This document shows, piece by piece, positions 8,004 through 15,263 of a DNA stretch of 15,263 nt. Position 1 is the first letter of the stretch. Each line of letters begins with the position of its first letter. Under the pieces are notes generated by a model, which had not been told where the DNA came from, did no database searches, and saw only the letters and a program-made list of their open reading frames with translations. Origin of the DNA: a virus (Duplodnaviria; Heunggongvirae; Uroviricota; Caudoviricetes); the IMG/VR virus record IMGVR_UViG_2529292726_000023, positions 1 through 15,263 of that record; one strand, 5' to 3'. A program made the translations under genes and the position numbers.

Positions 8004-8999
8004 GTGACCGTGAGAGCGCTACTGACCCCTGAAATTGCCCCGCGTATGGGGATCGTATTGTTCAGGCCAGGTTCAGAGCTGATGCCCCTGTTTATGCAGG
8101 GGCGTGTCCTGCTGGAGCCTGAGCCGGAACGTTATTCATCTTTCGCCAGTGGTGCCGTTCCGGCTGCATCACAACCGCTGGCGGATGATCCTGCCGTTTG
8201 GGCCGTGTTCCGCAATGAGGCAGTGATTCGTCGTGCTGGTGGAGTGGAATGTCTTGAACGCTGGTTACTTCGTGAAAAAGGTTGCCAGTGGCCTCATTCC
8301 GACTGGCACAGCGAGAACATGACCACAATGCGACACACGCCGGGCGCAATCCGTCTGTGCTGGCACTGCGATAACCAGCTGCGCGATCAGTTCACGGAAC
8401 GGCTGGAATCAATGGCAACGGATAACTGTACCCGCTGGGTGTTGTCTGTTGTGCGTCGGGATCTCGGTTTTGATGACAGTCACGTTGTGACAATGCCGGA
8501 ACTGTGCTGGTGGCTGATTCGTAATGACCTGGCGGATGCCTTACCGGAAAGTGCAGCCCGTAAGGCACTGAGATTACCGAAGCCTGTTGTGCCGTCTGTC
8601 ACCCGGGAAAGTGACCTTGTGCCTTCGGTTCCTGCCACCAGCATCATCCAGGATAAAGCGAAAAAGGTGCTGGCGCTGAAAGTGGATCCGGAGTCGCCGG
8701 AGTCTTTTATGTTACGCCCAAAACGTCGCCGCTGGGTTAATGAAAAGTACACGCGCTGGGTTAAGACACAGCCGTGTGCATGTTGTGGAAAGCCTGCTGA
8801 TGATCCCCACCACCTGATAGGTCACGGTCAGGGAGGAATGGGAACAAAAGCGCATGACCTTTTTGTGTTGCCTTTGTGCAGAAAGCATCACGACGAGCTG
8901 CATGCGGATACCGTGGCATTTGAAGAGAAGTATGGCTCCCAGCTGGAGCTGATATTTCGTTTTATCGATCGTGCGCTGGCAATTGGCGTGCTGGCCTGA
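8004..8999 (+). CDS. DUF968 protein (YdfU-like), about 330 aa, with C-terminal HNH-like Cys/His motif
   Basis: C-terminal [43 protein letters not shown]; sits just upstream of Q as DUF968 genes do in Qin-like prophages. True start may be GTG 8010 (GAGG RBS). Confidence 0.75.
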   Translation: MTVRALLTPEIAPRMGIVLFRPGSELMPLFMQGRVLLEPEPERYSSFASGAVPAASQPLADDPAVWAVFRNEAVIRRAGGVECLERWLLREKGCQWPHSDWHSENMTTMRHTPGAIRLCWHCDNQLRDQFTERLESMATDNCTRWVLSVVRRDLGFDDSHVVTMPELCWWLIRNDLADALPESAARKALRLPKPVVPSVTRESDLVPSVPATSIIQDKAKKVLALKVDPESPESFMLRPKRRRWVNEKYTRWVKTQPCACCGKPADDPHHLIGHGQGGMGTKAHDLFVLPLCRKHHDELHADTVAFEEKYGSQLELIFRFIDRALAIGVLA

Positions 9000-9016
9000 T
9001 TTTGTGGAGAAAGTTG

Positions 9017-9382
9017 ATGCGTGATATTCAAATGGTTCTTGAACGTTGGGGGGCATGGGTGGCAAATAATCACGAGGATGTCACCTGGTCGTCTATTGCT
9101 GCAGGATTTAAAGGACTAATCCCTTCAAAAGTAAAATCCCGCCCGCAATGTTGTGACGATGACGCGATGATCATTTGTGGGTGCATGGCTCGCCTGAAAA
9201 AGAACAACAGCGATTTGCACGATTTATTAGTGGATTATTATGTAGGTGGTATGACGTTTATGGCGCTTGCCCGTAAACATGGGCGTTCTGATTGCTGGGT
9301 TGGGCGTTTATTGCAAAAGGCTGAAGGTGTAGTTGATGGCATGTTAATGATGTTAGAAATTGAGCTAGAGATGGATCGTTAG
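9017..9382 (+). CDS. Late-gene antiterminator Q (QuuD-like family), 121 aa
   Basis: [76 protein letters not shown] matches the Q antiterminator family of DLP12/phage-82 type as I remember it; GGAG RBS. Confidence 0.85.
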   Translation: MRDIQMVLERWGAWVANNHEDVTWSSIAAGFKGLIPSKVKSRPQCCDDDAMIICGCMARLKKNNSDLHDLLVDYYVGGMTFMALARKHGRSDCWVGRLLQKAEGVVDGMLMMLEIELEMDR

Positions 9383-9423
9383 AAGACCTCTTATTGAGGG
9401 GGTAATTGAATCAGTTTAATGTG

Positions 9424-9458
9424 TGGGGAGTCGATTTATTCTCCCCATTTATTTAATT
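9424..9458 (+). terminator. Hairpin plus A/T-rich tract downstream of Q
   Basis: Stem GGGGAG (9424-9429) / CTCCCC (9440-9445), 10-nt loop, followed by ATTTATTTAATTAATTT; a possible promoter (TTGAGG 9393-9398, 17 nt, TAATGT 9416-9421) lies just upstream. Confidence 0.35.
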
Positions 9459-9465
9459 AATTTAC

Positions 9466-9912
9466 TTAAGGTTTTAATTCATCAAGACGTTGTTGGATAG
9501 TGTTTTTGCTTGCGTTGTCTGTTATAGCCATTTGTTGTACTTGCCCCATTGCCATTTGAGTTTCCATCCACATATCGGCCCACACTTTTGTATCGTTATT
9601 AACTTGAGCGATAGTAAATCTGACTTTTGATACCGGGGTTGTTGAATAGGCATTTCCGATTAACATTTGTCCAAAAACAGCAGAGCCGCCTTCCAGTTCT
9701 TTACCACATATAACACTGCTGTTATCCGCGTTGTAAATTATCAACCCTCTACTATTGCAGTAATTCACAAGGGCATCTTTGACTTTATCTTTTGTCGTAT
9801 TTTGATAAACCCCCTCAGGTTTTCCTGATTGAGTTTTCTTTATCAATGGTACGGAAGAAGTACAACCTGAAATGATAGTTGCGCTAAGTAATAGTACAGT
9901 CATTTTATTCAT
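9466..9912 (-). CDS. Lipoprotein of unknown function, 148 aa, AT-rich moron between Q and the tRNA array
   Basis: N-terminus MNKMTVLLLSATIISGCTSS is a signal peptide with lipobox (ISGC); opposite strand to flanking late genes; local GC visibly lower than the neighbours. Confidence 0.7.
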   Translation of the reverse strand: MNKMTVLLLSATIISGCTSSVPLIKKTQSGKPEGVYQNTTKDKVKDALVNYCNSRGLIIYNADNSSVICGKELEGGSAVFGQMLIGNAYSTTPVSKVRFTIAQVNNDTKVWADMWMETQMAMGQVQQMAITDNASKNTIQQRLDELKP

Positions 9913-10041
9913 GTTTCTTATCCATTGTTAAGGGTATACCCACACAATTATTTTTATTGGAGATGAATAATCAACCGTTTACAATCGTAAAAAATCAAAT
10001 ATGCTGTTAAGAGTGGTTACTTCGCCACACAACTTAACCCC

Positions 10042-10061
10042 GCCGCTGAGCGGTTTTTTTT
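10042..10061 (+). terminator. Intrinsic terminator (short GC stem plus T8)
   Basis: GCCGC-TGA-GCGG hairpin at 10042-10053 followed by TTTTTTTT at 10054-10061. Confidence 0.55.
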
Positions 10062-10142
10062 GTACCTGTAAACTTGGTGCAGTACAGTAAACACGCTGGT
10101 GGACAAGTGAAAAACAGCATTTAATCAGGCCTTCTGAAGATA

Positions 10143-10171
10143 TTGCAGTATTAATTCTGTAACGTTATTAT
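10143..10171 (+). promoter_or_regulatory. Candidate sigma70 promoter for the tRNA array
   Basis: -35 TTGCAG (10143-10148), 17-nt spacer, -10 TATTAT (10166-10171), about 9 nt before the first tRNA. Confidence 0.45.
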
Positions 10172-10180
10172 TCTGTGCGC

Positions 10181-10256
10181 GGCCCTTTAGCTCAGTGGTG
10201 AGAGCGAGCGACTCATAATCGCCAGGTCGCTGGTTCAAATCCAGCAAGGGCCACCA
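10181..10256 (+). tRNA. tRNA with CAU anticodon, most like tRNA-Ile2 (lysidine type; a plain scan would call it Met)
   Basis: 76-nt cloverleaf GGCCCTTTAGCTCAGTGGTGAGAGCG...CTCATAA...GGTTCAAATCCAGCAAGGGCCACCA; anticodon CAT at 10214-10216; encoded CCA; resembles enterobacterial ileX/ileZ. Confidence 0.85.
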
Positions 10257-10257
10257 A

Positions 10258-10334
10258 CTGCCACTAGCTCATCAGGAAAGAGCGTCAACCCTTTAAGTTG
10301 AGAGTGCGAGGTTCGAGTCCCCGGTGGCGGTCCA
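10258..10334 (+). tRNA. tRNA-like gene with noncanonical anticodon loop CCTTTAA (position 33 is C); anticodon reads UUU (Lys) by standard numbering; identity uncertain, possibly a pseudo-tRNA
   Basis: Acceptor CTGCCAC/GTGGCGG (one G-U pair), D-stem GCTC/GAGC, anticodon stem TCAAC/GTTGA, T-loop TTCGAGT with one A-C mismatch in the T-stem, encoded CCA. Confidence 0.5.
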
Positions 10335-10336
10335 GT

Positions 10337-10412
<76 letters not shown>

Positions 10413-10415
10413 TGT

Positions 10416-10490
<75 letters not shown>

Positions 10491-10496
10491 GTTAGA

Positions 10497-10542
10497 GTCT
10501 TTCAGTCTGCGATGATGGGAAATCCCGGAGTGACTGAAAGAC
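10497..10542. repeat. Perfect 11-bp inverted repeat GTCTTTCAGTC / GACTGAAAGAC with 24-nt spacer
   Basis: Direct reading; immediately downstream of the tRNA array. Confidence 0.7.
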
Positions 10543-10550
10543 GTTTAAGT

Positions 10551-10620
10551 TATGAATGATCGCTTTTTTTGCAAAATTGCTGTGCAGAAATACTAACCTT
10601 CGGGCAGGCGATCATTCATA
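10551..10620. repeat. Perfect 13-bp inverted repeat TATGAATGATCGC / GCGATCATTCATA with 44-nt spacer
   Basis: Direct reading; spacer contains a T7 run and a possible promoter (TTGCAA ... TACTAA). Confidence 0.7.
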
Positions 10621-10696
10621 AGCACTCTGCTTTTATTCCGATTAACTGTGGGTGGTTTGTTGGATAGAGTGCTTCCCTTACTGTATATATCGTTTC

Positions 10697-10720
10697 GCCC
10701 GCTTTTGCGGGTTTTTCTTT
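10697..10720 (+). terminator. Strong intrinsic terminator just upstream of the lysis cassette (candidate tR'-type terminator read through by Q-modified polymerase)
   Basis: GCCCGC-TTTT-GCGGG hairpin (10697-10711) followed by TTTTTCTTTT. Confidence 0.65.
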
Positions 10721-10781
10721 TCAAATCCCTTTCATTTCTCAGTGTAAAACTACGCCATCCGTTATTTGCGGAGGTGAGGCT

Positions 10782-10997
10782 ATGAAATCCATGGACAAAA
10801 TTTCAACGGGCATTGCCTACGGCACCTCCGCAGGCAGTGCTGGCTACTGGTTTTTACAGTGGCTTGATCAGGTCAGTCCGTCACAGTGGGCTGCGATTGG
10901 TGTACTGGGGAGTCTGGTTCTGGGCTTCCTGACTTATCTGACAAATCTGTACTTCAAAATAAGAGAAGATAAGCGTAAGGCTGCACGGGGAGAGTAA
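10782..10997 (+). CDS. Phage-21-type class II holin (pinholin) with dual-start motif: 71-aa antiholin from ATG 10782 and 68-aa holin from ATG 10791
   Basis: [71 protein letters not shown] is near-identical in pattern to phage 21 S21 / DLP12 EssD as I remember them; GGAGGTGAGG RBS. Confidence 0.9.
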   Translation: MKSMDKISTGIAYGTSAGSAGYWFLQWLDQVSPSQWAAIGVLGSLVLGFLTYLTNLYFKIREDKRKAARGE

Positions 10998-11001
10998 TTC
11001 A

Positions 11002-11346
11002 ATGACACAAAAATATGAACTGATTGTGAAAGGGATCCGCAATTTTGAGAATAAAGTTACGGTAACTTTAGCGTTACGGGACAAAAAACGCTTTGACGGT
11101 GAAATTTTAGACCTGGACATCTCGCTGGACCGTGTTGAAGGTGCCGCGCTGGAGTTTTATGAGGCAGCAGCCAGAAGGAGCATCAGACAGGTCTTCCTGG
11201 ATGTTGCTGCCGGGTTATGTGAAGGGGATGAGCAGTCACCGGAAAAGCGCCCCATAATTTTAGAGGCGCAGGGTGTGTGGATAACCTACAAAGGAAAACT
11301 GCCGGGAAGAATTACTGGTTCACTGAAGACTCCGCCGAAATGGTAA
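11002..11346 (+). CDS. Hypothetical protein, 114 aa, between holin and endolysin (same position as Qin YdfR); function unknown
   Basis: ATG 11002 with GGGGAGAG RBS, 4 nt after the holin stop; product MTQKYELIVKGIRNFENKVTVTLALRDKKRFDGEILDLD...; 3' end overlaps the convergent gene by 35 bp. Confidence 0.6.
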   Translation: MTQKYELIVKGIRNFENKVTVTLALRDKKRFDGEILDLDISLDRVEGAALEFYEAAARRSIRQVFLDVAAGLCEGDEQSPEKRPIILEAQGVWITYKGKLPGRITGSLKTPPKW

Positions 11347-11584
11347 TTTCACCAGCATATTTTTCTTCCAGTAATACCGCCAGCCACTTGAAAGAATTTT
11401 GTTGTTGCTGGGACCATTTGGGGTTGAGTGATTCAAGCTGGAGCGATGCCAGTGTTGGTTGCATTTGTTCCTTGGGAATTGAGAATGCCAGATATGAAAA
11501 TGCGACAGTAAGGGCATTTACATCATCCCGAAGCTTGGAAATGCAGTCGAGCAACTCCTGTAGAGAAATGGTGCTATTGTCCAT
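11312..11584 (-). CDS. Hypothetical small protein, 90 aa, antisense to the lysis operon; one hydrophobic segment; function unknown
   Basis: ATG at 11584 on the minus strand with GAGAGGA RBS 6 nt upstream; product MDNSTISLQELLDCISKLRDDVNALTVAFSYLAFSIPKEQ...; candidate promoter TTGAAT (11624-11629) / TACAAT (11599-11604). Confidence 0.55.
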   Translation of the reverse strand: MDNSTISLQELLDCISKLRDDVNALTVAFSYLAFSIPKEQMQPTLASLQLESLNPKWSQQQQNSFKWLAVLLEEKYAGEITISAESSVNQ

Positions 11585-11689
11585 AAACAATCCTCTCTAT
11601 TGTATTTAACTATTCCTTGCCTGATTCAACAGGCCGGGACAGATAAACATATCCAGGGTTCAGAAACCGATAAATCCTGATAAATATCC

Positions 11690-12223
11690 ATGAGCGCAAA
11701 AATCAAATACGGCCTGTCAGCTGCTGTTCTGGCGCTGATTGCTGCAGGCGCGTCTGCTCCTCAAATACTTGACCAGTTTCTGGATGAAAAAGAGGGTAAC
11801 CACACTACGGCATACCGCGATGGTTCCGGTATATGGACCATCTGTCGTGGTGCCACAATGGTGGATGGTAAGCCCGTCATACCGGGAATGAAGCTGTCGA
11901 AGGAAAAATGCGACCAGGTTAACGCTATTGAACGTGATAAGGCGCTGGCATGGGTGGAGCGCAATATTAAAGTACCACTGACCGAACCACAGAAAGCGGG
12001 TATAGCGTCATTTTGTCCCTATAACATTGGCCCCGGTAAGTGTTTCCCGTCGACGTTTTATAAGCGGCTGAATGCCGGTGATCGTAAGAGTGCATACGAG
12101 GCGATTCGCTGGTGGATAAAAGATGGTGGGCGCGATTGCCGCATACGTTCAAATAACTGCTATGGACAGGTTATTCGTCGTGACCAGGAAAGCGCATTAG
12201 CCTGTTGGGGGATAGATCAGTGA
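11690..12223 (+). CDS. SAR endolysin (T4-lysozyme-like muramidase with N-terminal signal-anchor-release domain), 177 aa
   Basis: N-terminal [18 protein letters not shown] hydrophobic SAR segment, then E...D...T lysozyme motif region ([23 protein letters not shown]); follows a pinholin as in phage 21. Confidence 0.9.
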   Translation: MSAKIKYGLSAAVLALIAAGASAPQILDQFLDEKEGNHTTAYRDGSGIWTICRGATMVDGKPVIPGMKLSKEKCDQVNAIERDKALAWVERNIKVPLTEPQKAGIASFCPYNIGPGKCFPSTFYKRLNAGDRKSAYEAIRWWIKDGGRDCRIRSNNCYGQVIRRDQESALACWGIDQ

Positions 12224-12687
12224 GCAGAGTCGCCGCGATTATTTATGCTCTGGTTATCTGCATCATCGTCTGCCTGTCGTGGGCGGTCAATCATTGCCGT
12301 GATAACGCCATCGCCTACAAAGAACAGCGTGATAAAAAAGTCAGTGAGCTGAAGCAGGCGACCGCCACCATTACTGACATGCAGCAACGCCAGCGTGCTG
12401 CTGATGTACTCGATGCTAAATACACGAAGGAGTTGGCTGATGCGAAAGCTGAAAATGATGCTCTTCGGCGCAAGCTTGATAATGGTGGTCGGGTGCTCGT
12501 CAAAGGAAAATGCTCTGTGCCATCCTCAGCCGAAACCTCCAGCGCCTCCGGCATGGGCAATGATGCCACCGTCGAACTCTCTCCAGTTGCTGGACGAAAC
12601 GTTCTCGGTATCCGGGACGGAATCATCAGAGACCAGACAGCACTGAGAACGCTTCAGGAATATATCAGGACGCAATGCCTTCGATGA
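12220..12687 (+). CDS. Rz inner-membrane spanin, about 155 aa
   Basis: GTG 12220 overlaps the endolysin stop (GTGA); N-terminal [22 protein letters not shown] then charged coiled-coil region; contains Rz1 in the +1 frame. Confidence 0.85.
   Translation: MSRVAAIIYALVICIIVCLSWAVNHCRDNAIAYKEQRDKKVSELKQATATITDMQQRQRAADVLDAKYTKELADAKAENDALRRKLDNGGRVLVKGKCSVPSSAETSSASGMGNDATVELSPVAGRNVLGIRDGIIRDQTALRTLQEYIRTQCLR
12440..12646 (+). CDS. Rz1 outer-membrane lipoprotein spanin, 68 aa, embedded in Rz
   Basis: [39 protein letters not shown]: signal peptide, lipobox VVGC, proline-rich; AAGGAG RBS 7 nt upstream. Confidence 0.85.
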   Translation: MRKLKMMLFGASLIMVVGCSSKENALCHPQPKPPAPPAWAMMPPSNSLQLLDETFSVSGTESSETRQH

Positions 12688-12861
12688 TAGCGATAATTTT
12701 ACTCATCATCCTTCACATCTGGCTCTGTAGACAGGGTGGTGATCACTTCTGGAGTGAATCCAGATTAAACATCTCATTGCTGATGCTTGAAGTTGAGCAT
12801 CTGGCGCGCGGTAAGGGGCTGCGTTGAAATAAGAGCCAGTCATTACAAATACCAGGATTTA

Positions 12862-12887
12862 GCCTCGTATTCGCGGGGCTTTTTATT
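12862..12887 (+). terminator. Intrinsic terminator candidate downstream of the lysis genes
   Basis: GCCTCG-TATTCG-CGGGGC hairpin (one G-U pair) followed by TTTTTATT. Confidence 0.5.
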
Positions 12888-12944
12888 GCCATTACAAAAG
12901 CCACTCCCTACAGAGTGGCTTTGATAATGGCTTATACCCTACAC

Positions 12945-12970
12945 GGGATAACTTAACTGATATCCCTTTT
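12945..12970 (+). terminator. Second hairpin plus T-run
   Basis: GGGATA-N10-TATCCC followed by TTTT. Confidence 0.4.
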
Positions 12971-13312
12971 AACGGATAAAGGTATTCAAGCCTGACACAT
13001 CATGCGCTGTATCGTCGCCGTATTCCCGTATTAACAGAGACCGTAGCCCGACGGGGAACTCCTTCTGCGAGAGTGTGCGGGAATAATCAAAAACGATGCA
13101 CACCGGGTTTTTACCGCGTTTATGGTTCGCGGGTTTGTCCCTCATGCTCGCCAGTCCTGTGCGGGGGTGGAAGAAACAGGATACTCACACAGATTCTTGT
13201 GGGCACGATGCTATTCCTTTCTGGATTATCCCGATGCCATTCATGCAAGGCGCTGTATCAGACGTTCGTCATGGCTGTCAGGCTGACGGGTCCTCCCGGT
13301 GGGGTGGCCTGC

Positions 13313-13333
13313 CACGGGGCGGGAGCGTCGCGG
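13313..13333. other. Candidate cohesive-end site (cosN-like) upstream of the terminase genes
   Basis: ACGGGGCGGGAGCGTCGCGG resembles the lambda cos region ACGGGGCGGCGACCTCGCGGG as I recall it, followed by an AT-rich stretch before the small terminase gene. Confidence 0.45.
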
Positions 13334-13501
13334 AAAAAGGCTAGTTTTTGCATTTTTATCGGCCACCATCATCTTTGCATCTTATTGATTATTAATGTTA
13401 TTTGTTTTTTGTATGTCGAATTGAGTGTTTTTTGTTCGACATCGAACGCGTTTTCTTAAAGTTGTTCGCACGATGCATGTTTAAAGCTCTCCGGAGGAAA
13501 T

Positions 13502-13993
13502 ATGGATCATGAGTTGAAAAACCTGGTGCTGAATATTAATCAACTGGCGGCTTTATCTGGTCTGCACCGCCAGACTGTCGTGGCAAGACTGAAAAACATT
13601 CGTCCCGCTGGTGGACATGACAAACTCAAGCTATACCGGTTGACCGATATTCTGACTGAATTTATGGGGTTACCACCGCCGGTTGCTGAGGGCGAAATGG
13701 ATCCACATGAACGCAAAGCCTGGTATCAGTCTGAACGTGAGCGTCTTAAGTTCGAACAGGAAACGGCACAACTCATTCCGGCCAGTGATGTCAGACGGGA
13801 GTTTGCCATCTGGGCAAAAGCGGTCGTGCAGGTGCTGGAGACATTACCGGATATTCTGGAACGTGACTGCGGCCTGCAGCCTGTCGCTGTGAGCCGTGTT
13901 CAGTCCATTATTGATGATCTGCGCGATCAGATAGCCCTGCGGGTGACCGAAGCAGGTGCGGATGATGAGGAGGAATTACAGCAGGAGGAGTAA
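13502..13993 (+). CDS. Terminase small subunit (Nu1-like), 163 aa
   Basis: N-terminal HTH-like LNINQLAALSGLHRQTVVARLKNI, acidic C-terminus; directly precedes the large terminase with TAATG overlap; GGAGG RBS. Confidence 0.8.
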   Translation: MDHELKNLVLNINQLAALSGLHRQTVVARLKNIRPAGGHDKLKLYRLTDILTEFMGLPPPVAEGEMDPHERKAWYQSERERLKFEQETAQLIPASDVRREFAIWAKAVVQVLETLPDILERDCGLQPVAVSRVQSIIDDLRDQIALRVTEAGADDEEELQQEE

Positions 13994-14859
13994 TGCTGAA
14001 TCAGGAAACCGCAAAGGCAGCACGAACCGATTCAGGTTATATCCTTCGCGCACCGAGACGAATGCGGGTTGCTGATGCCGTTGCTCAGTATATGCGAGTG
14101 CCCATGGGGGCCGGGAACTCAGTCCCGTGGGATCCGCTGGTGGCACCGTATGTTCTTGAGCCGATGAACTGCCTGGCCTCGCGTGAATACGACGCAGTGA
14201 TATTTGTTGGTCCGGCACGAACCGGCAAGACTATCGGCCTGATTGACGGCTGGGTGATTTACAACGTGATTTGCGATCCTGCGGATATGCTGATCATTCA
14301 GATGACGGAGGAAAAAGCCCGCGAACACTCCAAAAAACGACTTGCCAGAACGTTTCGCGTCAGCCCGGAAGTGGTCAGTCGCCTGAGTCCGAACAAAAAT
14401 GACAACAACGTTTATGACAGAACATTCCTTGCTGGCAACTACCTGAAAATCGGCTGGCCGTCAGTCAATATCATGTCCTCATCAGATTATAAATGCGTGG
14501 CGCTGACGGATTATGACCGTTTTCCGGAAGATATTGATGGCGAGGGGGATGCCTTCTCTCTTGCCTCAAAACGTACCACCACATTTATGTCCAGTGGTAT
14601 GACGCTGGTGGAGAGTTCCCCCGGCAGGGATGTGAAGGATGTGAAATGGCGACGGACTTCACCGCATGAGGCTCCACCAACCACGGGGATACTGTCGCTC
14701 TATAACCGTGGCGATCGCCGTCGCTGGTACTGGCCCTGTCCACACTGTGGTGAGTATTTTCAGCCCTGCGGCGATGTGGTTGCTGGTTTCCGTGATATTG
14801 CCGATCCCGTGCTGGCAAGTGAGGCGGCTTATATTCAGTGTCCTTCCTGTTCATATTAG
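13993..14859 (+). pseudogene. Terminase large subunit (lambda gpA-like), truncated after about 288 codons at the IS21-family insertion
   Basis: Walker A-like FVGPARTGKT; ...DYDRFPEDIDGEGDAFSLASKRTT...YWPCPHCGEYFQ parallels lambda gpA; frame stops at 14857-14859, where the IS terminus begins. Full-length gpA is about 640 aa. Confidence 0.8.
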
Positions 14860-15263
14860 ACGTCAACTAGTTTTGCCGACTCGCGCCAACTATACTGGCC
14901 GCACCCTTCAGTGCGACATCAAGTCGCGCTTGTTACTGCCTTCGCTGTCTTTTTCCTGTAGCTTTCACCTTTCAGTTCGAACATATATCCGTGATGGATC
15001 AGCCGGTCTGCCGCCGCCACCGCCATAGTCTCATCCACGAAGATGCTGCCCCACATGCTGAACGGATGGTTACTGGTTATCACCAGGCTCCCACGTTCAT
15101 AGCGATGCGCTATTAACTCGAACAGTACTCCCGTTTCGGCGCTGTCGCGTTTGACATAGCCAAGATCATCCACCACTATCACCCGGTAGCGATCCAGTTT
15201 CAGTAGCAGCTCATTCAGTTTCAACTGCGCTCTGGCTTTACGTAGTTCCTGCAACAACTCTCC
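14848..15263 (-). mobile_element. IS21-family insertion sequence, partial copy (IstB side), continuing beyond the window end
   Basis: Terminus TGTTCATATTAGACGTCAACTAG at 14848 shares the TTAGACG.CAAC motif with the other IS end; IstB C-terminus encoded at 14919-15263. Confidence 0.75.
14919..15263 (-). CDS. istB: IS21-family IstB helper ATPase, C-terminal about 114 aa only (gene starts beyond the window)
   Basis: ...YRVIVVDDLGYVKRDSAETGVLFELIAHRYERGSLVITSNHPFSMWGSIFVDETMAVAAADRLIHHGYMFELKGESYRKK has the Walker B (VVDDLGY) and C-terminal features of IstB/DnaC-like ATPases. Confidence 0.85.
   Translation of the reverse strand, partial: GELLQELRKARAQLKLNELLLKLDRYRVIVVDDLGYVKRDSAETGVLFELIAHRYERGSLVITSNHPFSMWGSIFVDETMAVAAADRLIHHGYMFELKGESYRKKTAKAVTSAT

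Noticed and set aside
6717-9073. Minus-strand ORFs inside RusA, KilA-N, DUF968 and Q genes (6717..7025, 7148..7339, 7736..7948, 8092..8349, 8480..8752, 8712..9065, 8888..9073)
   Set aside because: Shadow frames of supported genes with no start signals.
10491-10781. Possible toxin cargo (for example stx-like) between the tRNA array and the holin
   Set aside because: Only about 290 bp with no ORF; the region is taken up by inverted repeats and a terminator.
10881-11609. ORFs 10881..11120 (-), 11277..11609 (+) and 11320..11517 (-)
   Set aside because: Antisense or alternative-frame overlaps of the holin and the two small genes, without RBS; the 11312..11584 minus-strand frame is preferred because of its GAGAGGA RBS.
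11761-12626. Minus-strand ORFs inside the endolysin and Rz genes (11761..11964, 11967..12152, 12315..12626)
   Set aside because: Shadow frames; only the +1-frame Rz1 (12440-12646) has the expected lipobox and RBS.
13073-13459. ORFs 13073..13459 (+, 128 aa) and 13096..13344 (+, 82 aa) spanning the cos region
   Set aside because: Cys/His-rich implausible composition, no RBS, and they cross the cosN-like site and AT-rich cosB-like DNA.
13683-14866. ORFs 13683..13892 (+), 13976..14218 (-), 14119..14328 (-) and 14585..14866 (-) within the terminase genes
   Set aside because: Alternative-frame shadows of the terminase genes.
14666-15028. ORF 14666..15028 (+, 120 aa) spanning the terminase/IS junction
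   Set aside because: Crosses the IS terminus and is antisense to the IstB end; a junction artefact.

Overview
This window is a segment of a lambdoid enterobacterial prophage (phage 21 / DLP12 / Qin-like late region), running early-to-late on the + strand and bounded at both ends by partial IS21-family insertion sequences on the - strand (IstA N-terminus at 1-249; IstB C-terminus at 14919-15263). Between them: one leftward early gene; a CI-like repressor (HTH plus S24 peptidase) and divergent Cro-like gene with operator-like 15-mers on both sides of the repressor; a CII-like gene; a Rha regulator preceded by an ambiguous 600-bp coding stretch; an O-like replication initiator with internal iteron-like repeats; a PerC-like regulator; a phage Dam methyltransferase; a LexA DNA-binding-domain-only protein; RusA; a KilA-N protein; a DUF968 protein; a Q antiterminator; an AT-rich minus-strand lipoprotein moron; a tightly packed four-tRNA array (Ile2/CAU, one noncanonical, Thr/UGU, Gly/UCC) with its own promoter; a phage-21-type lysis cassette (dual-start pinholin, SAR endolysin, Rz with embedded Rz1) interrupted by two convergent overlapping small genes; a lambda-like cos region; terminase small subunit; and a terminase large subunit cut short at the right-hand IS. 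No CRISPR array or rRNA. All calls rest on reading the sequence and the ORF track against remembered protein families; no searches were run. The best candidates for something undescribed are the small minus-strand gene inside the lysis cassette, the lipoprotein moron, the LexA-DBD-only protein and the noncanonical tRNA.
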